A stretch of 62,373 nt of DNA, counting the filler, from Platydemus manokwari (lineage: Eukaryota): the NCBI GenBank assembly GCA_037951405.1. It is 6 parts of 6 records of this genome, joined end to end, with 100 filler letters (N's around TTAATTAATTAA, not from the genome) between each part and the next. Parts side by side here need not be neighbours in the genome. Positions count along the whole stretch, not along the records: positions 1 to 14,463 come from JBBMOY011455865.1; 5 more parts are not named here. The stretch is one strand, 5' to 3'. The notes beneath the pieces were generated by a model that worked only from the letters and a program-made list of their open reading frames with translations, did no database searches and was not told the origin of the DNA. Shown piece after piece: positions 1 to 10,024 of this stretch (the stretch's first letter is position 1; each line of letters begins with the position of its first letter). The position numbers and the translations under genes were made by a program.

Positions 1-127
1 AATTTCATTAAATAAATATTTTAAAAAATGTTTTTGTTTTTTAAAAAAAAGCCGGAATCATACTAATACACCTAATAGTTTTTTGGTTACTTCTTACTAC
101 CAATGCTTTGTATGCCAATAACAATTT

Positions 128-1140
128 AGTTACATCATTAACATTTGCAGACATAATATTTATTTAAAAAACTAAACTAATCCGCCAACCACGTTACTCA
201 TCTCTCTTAAGCCCCACTTCATCGTTTCAGCCACTTTAATCGACTGGATTTTTTCGCGTGTGGGAATTGAATCTCTACTTGTTTGTCTGACTTGAATCCG
301 GTAATTCGATAGGGTTCCGTGCTTTGATAGTATGTGGTGGTTTATAATTACTGGACTCGTTGGTTTCTTTTCTGAACTGGTTATTCCACTGGTTGCTTCT
401 TCCAGTTTTTAGAGCTTGAGCATCGCTGTCTCTACGTATTGTACTAACTGCCTGGAAATCTCATTGCAAACTTTGTTCTGGATTCTCGAAGACCTTTGCA
501 GCACTCTTAATTTCTATTATATCCATGTCTGGCTTTAGGGCAAGAACGTCTTTCAACCCATTTGATCGTGTTCTCTTGCTGATGATATCTTTCACTATTG
601 AATCTTGCTTCAATTCGGAATTCATCACCGCCTCAACCAATCGGTGAACTCTCATCTCGAAGATGGCAAACCGTTCGCTCTCCGATTATTGAACATTTGC
701 AAATTTGACAATCATACCCATTATAGATTTTTTGACTGTGAGCGTATCTTCAAACCATGACTTAGCTGACTCTTCTGTGGTGTATCGTGATTTGAAATTT
801 TTCCACAGAATACCTGCCTCATCTAAAAGCAGCAAATCGAATGCGCTAATCAGGCTGAGACTATTAATTGATATTCTTTCTTCTGTATACCGTATGCACT
901 TTGCGGTCTCATTTGCATTTCTTCCATCAAATTTTCGAATATTGAAATTAAGGGCTTTCTGTGTTTGTTTCAGTGAGCTCTCCAGTAGCTGCTTCTTCTG
1001 CTGATTCCTTGTAATTGCATTGATTTATATGACGTGGTCACCAGTTGCATCATTAACATTCGCAGACATTATATTTATTTAAAAAACTGAACTAATTCGC
1101 CAATAAATTAGTTAAACAAAAATAATGTTTGCTTATTTCT
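128..1140 (-). mobile_element. Internally deleted Ty3/gypsy LTR retrotransposon (copy 1): short LTRs, gag relic fused directly to the end of pol
   Basis: LTR-like direct repeats at 128-198 and 1043-~1140. On the minus strand the LTR ends ...GATGYAACT, overlapping a PBS TGGTGACCACG (1033-1043). A purine-rich tract precedes the 3' LTR. ORF 461-655 (RVHRLVEAVMNSELKQDSIVKDIISKRTRSNGLKD) is homologous to ORF 17702-18013 of copy 2. Confidence 0.85.
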
Positions 1141-1780
1141 GGTCATCAATGTTTCGAATCAAACTTTGGATGATTAGTTTTTTGTTTACTTCAGTCTATC
1201 CATGCTCTGTATGCCTGTATTCGCAGACATTATATTTATTTAACCAGATTCATACTTGATTAATATTGTGTATTTGTCAGCTTGCTTTATCTAAATTCTT
1301 TTCATCAAATTTTGGACATTGAAATTTAATATATACTGAACTTGTTTCGAGAGCTTGTCAAATAACTTCTTCTGGTACTGCTATTTTTGTGAGCGTGTGA
1401 ATCAAAACGACATTGTAATCAATAAAATATTGTTTAAATGTTTAATGTAACCTGTCATAATCATAAACTTTATTTACTTAATCTACTCTTTAAGCACACA
1501 TCACTTTCTACTATTTTAATGTTAAGATTTATTAATAATAATAATATTAATTTATCGTGACAGTTTTTATCATTATATGATTAATTGTATATTAAATATT
1601 ATACTTATAAAATTATAACAATGATAACATTATACCATTTAAACCATATTTGTTTTATTATTTATTAATATTTTGTACATATTTAGACTTTTACCAGTGC
1701 GCGAAAATTTTCTATGCCGACCGATTTTTAAAGTTAAAATTTTAATTATAATAAACTGGCAATTTAACTATTTATCATAG

Positions 1781-4700
1781 AATGCAAGCAGAATAACGAG
1801 ATATGAGATAGAGAAGCTTTTCGGTGTATATGATCAGGTACCTGTAAATAATTTTATTAAAAGATGTTTCGAATACAAGATATGAGACAATATTTTATTT
1901 TCCTATTCTAATTCCAGTAATGCACTTCAAGAGTTTTCTCAAATACTTTTAAGATATTCGATAGTTTGCATGGAAATATGTTATAAAATTTTACTTGGTT
2001 CTTATAAATGAAGTACGGTGTTGCAAAAGATACCTTTTATGAAATAGATCTACACACCATATCAAAATAATGAAATCAAACACATTTAATCTAATTGGCA
2101 TATAAATTCTATTCACATTTCTGTTTGGTTTTCCATAATAGTGTAAGTACAAACAGTAGTAATCACGAGTCATTTTCTGAACTAAAAATTAGTCTGATCT
2201 GTCGTAATATTCGTGAAACGAAAAAATTATGCCAAAAATAATCAATAAAATATAGTGCTCTATTAGCAGATATATATCAGTTTTCTACTTGACCTTTTGA
2301 ATGTCTTGTTATTTGCCCCCATGGATGATGTAAGGATTTATAATAAAAAAGATTAATTTGTTTTAATAATTTTAATTAAAATGCAATTCGATATCTTGGG
2401 TTTTTAGTTTTTTTTCAATGGGTGCTTTATGAAGTAGTAGCTTTTTACATGACAACCACGCACTTGAATTCAATTCTGAGAATGTCCATGGCATGGAAGC
2501 ATAGAAAAAAAGGTGGAAGATATGAAGAATATATAGAAAAGATGTGGTGACGAAAAAAGTGAAGATATAGAGAATATATAGGGAAGTTATTAAACAGATA
2601 TAGAGATGATGTGAAGAAATGAAATAATGGAATTTTTATTAACGTGAATTTTATTTGGAGATTTTGATATAGAGGTAATTTAAAATTCTGAAAATCAAAG
2701 ATTTTAAGGAAATTGGGGTGTGAGGATTTCTAATAAATTGAAATTTGAGTAATTGTAATTAAGTACATAATTTGGTGTTGTTCGATTTTTCAGTTTGTTT
2801 TTAATGTGTGCTTTATAAAATAGCAGAGTGGCTTATAGATGACATTATTGTTGGTAATATTGAAATAGAGATAAAGGTAAAATTAAGAAAACATGCTAAA
2901 TGAATGAATATTTTGATCACGAATACATGATTTAACCAACATAAAATATCAAATTGTTAAACAGTATTCGGTCGAACTTGGATTTTGTTTAACTTCAACT
3001 ACTTTTGATCAATTTAAGGATCAAGATTTTTTACAAAATTCATTAATATTATTGTAATGAATTTAATGTTGGAGAATCAATTTATTTGCCATATTTTAAC
3101 CGATTTCAATCATGTACAACAACCTTGTCTAGAGTTGAATTGAACAATATTTTGGTTCTTTAAATCATATATTGTTATTATATGAAAATTTATTCTTTTA
3201 CATGAAATCTTTTAAGAATTATATTTGTTTATGCGAGGATAATTTTACTAACTAATTATGATGTAATGAATTTATTTCTGAAATAATGTTTGAAATCAAA
3301 AATTGTATGTGATACAATAATGCAGTGGAATGGATAAATCATGACTTAGATGAAACGAGAAAGTGAAAATATATTGAAATAACGAGACGCTATTTTGAAA
3401 TTTAGGTTAATGAACGGATAATTAAAGCAGTGAGTAATAAAGATGAAACAAGACATTGAGGTTAATACGTTTAGAAAGATTAGAAAGAAATTAAAAGATT
3501 AAAAATAATTATATTTCTATATGCTATTAAAGATGGTGTGAGAAATGTAGGGAAAGTAAAAGATTTTATGGAACAGTAATGTAAGGAATATTTTCAAAAA
3601 GAAAAACGTACATTTATATTTTTATCTAAGAAATATTATCGACTCAATAAAATCATTTAAAGAATTATTTAGTGTGAAGTGATATTGGATAAAAGATTGT
3701 ATTCTTGTAATTAAGTCTTTTGATTTTAAATCTGATCTTGGAATCAATAAAATTACTAGTAAAGTAATACTTATATTACAGTTTCTAATAACGGTTAATG
3801 TATGTACATCAAACTTCATTACTCTACTCAATTTAGATTTAATAAATACTATGCATTATCCCAACATTGCTTTATAAAACTTTGTCCTTTCGAACCTATT
3901 CAACAAAATCACACATTTTTTAAGATAATCAGAATTTGCTAAAAATTTCATGGGGATCATCTTAAAGATTATATATTGTGTAATCTTATCAACTGACAAA
4001 TTATGTTCAAATTTCAAATGATATATTGGCTGGGCCAAAGTTGAAACCCAAGTTTTATTTTCTGAAGACTAAGGTTTGATAATGGCCTCTTTTTCCTGGC
4101 CTCAAAGAAATAAGTAACATGATGTTCAATTCAAAAGATTTCCTCAACGTCTTATCCAACGGTTTTGAAAATGATGATTCAAATAGATGATGACGAATCA
4201 GAAATGTGGTTCCATTTTTGTCATAGAGATTGATTGAATGTGATTTTTAGCTTTTTGTATAATTTAGCTTCTATGCTGCTGAAGAATTTAGAAATAGTAT
4301 TAATCGTATGTACTAATTTATATATTTATTGTTCTCTGATTTGAAAATTAATTTGATTTACAATATCATTACAGGATCATAGTGGAACAATTGAAAATGA
4401 AGAATTGGATGGATTTCTAAAGGATTTGATGGAAATAGTTCAAGAGGTAATATCTTAGTTATATATATATGTGTGTGTGTGTGTGTCTCAAATAAAATTA
4501 ATTTAATTAATAATTTTTATTTAAAAACTTAAAATATAAAAATGTTTCTTCAGGTTTGTAAGAATTTTTAAATGAATTACATTTTTTAAAGTTTTAATTC
4601 AAATTTATATAAAATTATATTAATTTGTTTATATAATTGTATTTAAATATATAATTTGATGTCGTGACTTTTCAGTTCGTTTTAAATGCTTGCTACATAA

Positions 4701-6781
4701 TGCAAATGATAGGTCCGAAATATTTAATTAAGATGTTAATTACTTATAATTCATTAAGTGAAATCGAAAATTATAGTCATCAATGTTTAATCTAGATCAG
4801 AGGTGGCCAATTTTTGTGTACGTAAGATCGAATTTTCATTTGAATAATATCTCACGCGATAGACTAAAATTGGCTTCAAGATCGACCGGTTGGCCACCCC
4901 TGATCTAGATAACACGAATAATCAATTGAGTAGTTTTATTTGTCGATTTATTGTTAGATTAATAATGTAATAGTAATTCTGCTATAATTGTACAACATCT
5001 AGAATGTATACCAGCCCTACAATTAACAATACTGCTATTGTTTCATTAAATTTGAAACGTGAAATATTAAATATCAATATTTCTAGTTTCTTATTTCATT
5101 TCAAAATCGATTTTCCAATTTGTGTGTCAAAAAGGGACTTTTAAGTTAATTATGCAAATATCTGTATTAGACAAATTCTCTTGTATATTGTACATTGCAT
5201 TGTAATAATTAGAATGTTTTGGGTTTTTTTTAACTACTGATAATGACAACTTTTGATTGGATGAAATGGTGTGATAATTTAAATGATTAGGTAAGAATGA
5301 TCAGTTAATTTTAAAACTTTCGAATGTATGATAACAAAATTATTCATTAATTTTTTGAGTCCACTTTGTATGAAATTAAAGATGGAAAATATATACCAAC
5401 ATTACACTAATAATCATATTTAGATTCCAAATTTTTCATATAAAGATACAGAATTTATAAGGCACTTGTGTGTATATTACAAGAACGTATTAGTTGAAAT
5501 ATATCAATTTATTGATACTAAAGCTTAGATTGAATGTATAAGTTTGATTGATTAACTTTTAATAATCTAGTGAGTCAGTTCCTCAGTTCGGTTTTCCATT
5601 TTATAAATGGTGTGCTGTTGGAAATATTTATGTGAGGATTTAAAATGAATTGAAATTTGAAAATTCAATTTTTTATAAAATATTTATTTATTTGAATCAT
5701 TGTGATTAAAATAGAAAATTCAGTTCGTTTTCAACGAGTGCTTCATAAAATAGTAACGGCTTACATGGTAACCATGCATCTGGATTCAATTCTGAGAATG
5801 TCTATAGAATTGAAGTATGGAAGAGAATGAGGAAAATATTGAAACGATGTAAAGAAGATAAAGTGAAGTTATATAATAAGGTGTTGAGAAGAAAAGGTTA
5901 ATATAGTGAGAAGATTTAAATTAGATAAAGAAGAGACATTTTATGTAGATAAATATCTAGAGAATTTGATTCAGAGATGATTAATAATTCAGAGAAAAGC
6001 TATGGTTTTAAAGAAAGAAGGGTGTGAGGATTTAAGAGAAATTGAAATTTGAAGAATCTTATAATCAAATTTTTATAAAATATTTATTTGTTTGAATCAT
6101 TGCAATTAAAATATAATTTGATGTCATGAATTTTCAGTTTGTTTTCAATGCATGTTTTATAAAATAGTAGCGGCTTTCAATTTATATGATTCTTGAAGTT
6201 AGGTTTTTAATCATAAAGTCTTACAACTTGAGCTCGAAAAGAAAGTTTTATTCTTTTAAAATTTGTATTTTTAATTAAAAATTACTTACTGTTTTATAAT
6301 TGATCTTTTCATGGGCCAGTTGTTGTTATTGATTTATTTGATTACGGCATTTCCTTAAATGTGGGGAGTTATGTAATGACTGAGTATCACCATACAAGCA
6401 CACAATAACAGGCATGCAAATTATTTATCTTCACAAAAGGTCTCAACTTCCCATATTAGACACAAGGCGATTTTTGAGCCAAAATTTGGTAAATAAGTCC
6501 TTCATATATGCCGTCAAATACGCTAATTATTTTCTATATTATTTTGCTTTAATATTAATTTTATTTAATTTAAATTTTTCAATTCCTAAGATCATTATTA
6601 TTATTATTATTATTATTTGCTCTAGGACTATGATGACCATGACTTGCAATTCTTAAAGAAAACGCTTCTCAGTCAATGGAATAAAAGTGCAGATGCGAAA
6701 ATAACCAAAGACGATTTACAATTAATTCTGACCCAACAAAATCGTTTGTATCAATCAGAACTCAGTCTTCGGAAACAATGA
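1781..6781 (+). CDS. Calbindin-32/secretagogin/calretinin-family EF-hand protein, last three coding exons (1781-1837, 4375-4446, 6626-6781); 5' part lies outside the window
   Basis: Three AG/GT-bounded phase-0 exons splice to NASRITRYEIEKLFGVYDQ|DHSGTIENEELDGFLKDLMEIVQE|DYDDHDLQFLKKTLLSQWNKSADAKITKDDLQLILTQQNRLYQSELSLRKQ*. Contains the canonical EF loop DQDHSGTIENEE and resembles the C-terminus of Drosophila calbindin-32 as I recall it. AATAAA at 6906-6911. Confidence 0.88.
2329..2837 (+). mobile_element. TRIM-like non-autonomous LTR mini-retrotransposon, complete copy A
   Basis: LTRs 2329-2449 (TGTAAGGATT...TTACA) and 2719-2837 (TGTGAGGATT...TTATA). Degenerate PBS TGACAACCACG at 2450. Purine-rich tract before the 3' LTR. 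Perfect 5-bp TSD GATGA (2324-2328 and 2838-2842). No ORF. Confidence 0.85.
4557..4700 (+). mobile_element. Truncated solo LTR of the TRIM family
   Basis: Starts TGTAAGAATTTTTAAATGAATT and contains ATAATTTGATGTCGTGACTTTTCAGTTCGTTTT, shared with the TRIM LTRs; the 3' end is eroded. Confidence 0.6.
4798..4902. mobile_element. hAT-superfamily (Charlie/Buster-like) MITE, 105 bp
   Basis: TIRs CAGAGGTGGCCAA and TTGGCCACCCCTG; perfect 8-bp TSD ATCTAGAT (4790-4797 and 4903-4910) with a central TA. Confidence 0.9.
5631..6179 (+). mobile_element. TRIM-like non-autonomous LTR mini-retrotransposon, complete copy B
   Basis: LTRs 5631-5765 and 6023-6179, both TG...CA. PBS TGGTAACCATG immediately after the 5' LTR (5766-5776). 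PPT AAAGAAAGAAGGG (6010-6022). Perfect 5-bp TSD ATTTA (5626-5630 and 6180-6184). Internal region homologous to copy A. Confidence 0.9.
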
Positions 6782-7293
6782 AATTATGATTTATTTCCTC
6801 ATTTATTTAACTTGGAAATTACAAACTATTATTATTATATTCCTCGAATTGTGTTTTATTTTTATTAAATCAGTCACAGTCATGTTGTTTATACATTAGT
6901 GCATAAATAAAATTAATTTTTTTAAATGTCTCCCAGATTTATGGATTTTCTACATTTTGAAATATGCTCTATCTCAAGATCATATTTTAAAAATATTATG
7001 TTTATGAGTTAATGCAATGATGATTTTCATGATTAGTTTTAAACCAAAATTACCAACAAATTTACAAAATTACTTCACAAGCTGGTTCTGAACAATAAAT
7101 GAATTGTCTCACCAGGGAATTTGATGGTTCTTATGGTTGCTAATTTACTTATATATCTGTTTTATATTTTGTGTGCTGTATCTATTTTTTAATGTGATAT
7201 AACTTTAATCTGGCTATTTGTATTTAACTTTAATTCGTCTTGAACACAAACAAAGTTTCATTGTCATAATGACATTTATTATCGCTTAACGGC

Positions 7294-7932
7294 TTGTATT
7301 ATATGCGGGGGTATATGGTTAAAACAATCAAGATACCTATGGCGACCACGGAATTACCTTTAAGGGCTCGATACACAGATACGATGTGCACACGAGTCAG
7401 TAGCCAATCAGGTGTCTCCAAAATATTATTAAACAATTATAATTCGATCTTCAATTGGCTCACACCAAAAACAACCAGCGAACATGAGGGTCCGCTAATG
7501 GTATGAGAGATAGAAGAGAATCTGTCGACAAGCTAGGTTTTAGACAGCGCTGACGGATTAAGACCAAAGCTGCAAGATAGTAGGTAAGCGCATACGACAA
7601 GTCTAAAAAGGTATTTAATCTCGAGAGCAACTATCAATAATTAATGGTTGTATATGTTGTAATTCTTTATGTGATGACGACCAGTCTTTTGTAATTGTTG
7701 ATTTCTATCGCTGTTTTATCCTTCGGGTTGTAATATTGTTGTGATTCATTGATAGATCTTGTCATTAAGAGTGATTTAGAGCAGGAAAGTTGGAAATTTA
7801 ATTTTAAATTGAACAATTGTGATTTGCAATCATAGTTTTCGATACTTCGAGTTAGTATATATCTGTCATATACATAGAGTTAAATTTAATGAATTCTTCA
7901 TATATAATTGGTTTCCAAATGTGACAATAACA
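7294..7932. mobile_element. Possible solo LTR of an unrelated retroelement
   Basis: GC-richer non-coding island with approximate inverted termini (TTGTATT...AATAACA) and a near-perfect 5-bp flanking repeat ACGGC/ACGAC; no second copy in the window. Confidence 0.35.
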
Positions 7933-9972
7933 ACGACAAAACTTTCCATGACTTTATCGACTTTTCGCATGAAGCATTCTTTCATATTTGTTTCTGTTTT
8001 CTTTATTTATGTCTTTGTAATTTAGTTGAGAAAGAAAAAAGAAAAATTAGAAGAAAATATCGTCGAAAAATCACTTTCTAAAAAAATTTTAAATTTCACT
8101 TAAGTTGATTTTAAATAAAATATATATTTTTATCACTCAAACTAATTTCGTTGAATTTTACTTCTAGTATATAACTTTTTATAATATATCTTGTAATAAT
8201 AATATCTTTTATATTTACTTAGTGTTCTTAGTTTTAATTAATTTTTTGGTTAATAAGAAAGTCTGATGAATATTTACTTCAAATCTCTTTGTCAAAATAT
8301 TTATTGACCTACTTACACTCAATTGTGTTTCATTTGAAAAATAACTAAAATTATTGTACTTGTTTACTTTGTTTTTATTATCGATCCATTTTTCCCGGTG
8401 CATTTTAAGAAAAATGTAATTTTAACTTGAAATCACTTGATGAAGTCAAGATAATAATCGATTCTTAATTTATCATAAATGTTTACTCCATTTGAGAATC
8501 ACAAAAGTATTATAAACAATTTTTTAAAATAAATCTTAATAGGTAATATTTCAAAATTTTAAATATTTGTTTTATATAAACATCTCTGAGCAGAACTTTA
8601 ATTATCAAAAATGTCTTTATAATTTGTCTGAATATTTATATAAAATATATTTTTGAGAGATATCTTGCAAGTTTCATTAAACTGAAACGCCAACAACCTA
8701 TAACCCCAGTGTTACCAAACATTGTTTTCGCTCAGTATCTGCAGTTATAGACTTGCCTCGACATTTTGAAAATAGCACTGAAAATATCCATATAAAAACA
8801 TGATGCCATTGTAGTACCTCTAATCCGGTTGTGGAAACAAACACATCACTCAAACATATTTAGAATTTTTAAAGATAATCTGATATTTGGTCTTATGTCT
8901 GCTTAAAATAAATATTTGATTAATACAATGATTTTCTGTATTAACTTAGTCCAAATTCACGATAAAATTCACTACTGGCTAAAGTCAGTGTATTATATTT
9001 TCCAGATTCTATAAATCTCATTATGAATAATTTTTTATAATTCTTATAAATACTGTTCTTCTAATATATATTGTTGGGTTTGCTTTAGTTTATATGATGT
9101 TCAATGTAACCTGGATCAAAACAAATTTGGAATTATGTGAGAATTAAATGCGTATTAAGCCCTATAAACTAATTAAGCTCTATTGTTTTATTAATTCTAG
9201 TTAATTTGTACACCTGGTCCAAAAGCTGTATTTAATTATGAAAAAATATGAGATTAAATTAAATAGCTTATTCGAATTAAAATATAATTAATATTACAGC
9301 GAATATAAAAAATATAATGATGGTTAAAATTCATATGGATATATAATAGAATCAAATTCAAAACAAAACACTATATCATAATATGAAATGTTATTACAAA
9401 TGAGGCCAAAATTATCAGGAGGTTTGGTTTCGTTTTTTAATTAAAATTCTAATGCCATAAATCTTGAAAGTTTAAAAAATCTCTTATGGCAGTGCCCGTA
9501 AGACACTCAATTGATTTTGTCGGTGGTAAGGCCTAATGGCACTGTAACCACTATTATAATAATATTTTGGATTTTAAGATTTTAGAAATTTAATTAGATT
9601 CTGGGTGAATGAGATTCAGACTAGAACTTTTATATTGGAATAAATCTAAAATGCCATTTTAAAATAATTAATATTATTTGATAGATGGGTTTATAATAAT
9701 ATCAAATTCGTGCTGGAAAACTGCCCAGTGTTTCTTGGATCAAAATCATTCTTCGCAAGACAATGAGACAAAATAGTTTATCAGAATTCATTAATAAATT
9801 TTATATAAATTTTTCTTCATAAAGTAAAGTAAAGTGACAAAACGATTTGTCCGATTAACGGTAAAAGAATTAGATAGATTGTAGAAACTATTTCGCATTA
9901 AGCGACTTTATTTTGTTCTTATTCCTTATATACTAGTCTTTAATTCCTTGTTTTATTTTTTGTTCTATAAGG

Positions 9973-10020
<48 letters not shown>
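9973..10020. repeat. (ATT)n microsatellite
   Basis: Perfect ATT trinucleotide run. Confidence 0.95.

Positions 10021-10024
<4 letters not shown>

Noticed and set aside
705-1004. ORFs 705-1004 (+) and 17197-17487 (-) that are similar to each other
   Set aside because: Antisense shadows of the gypsy gag relics.
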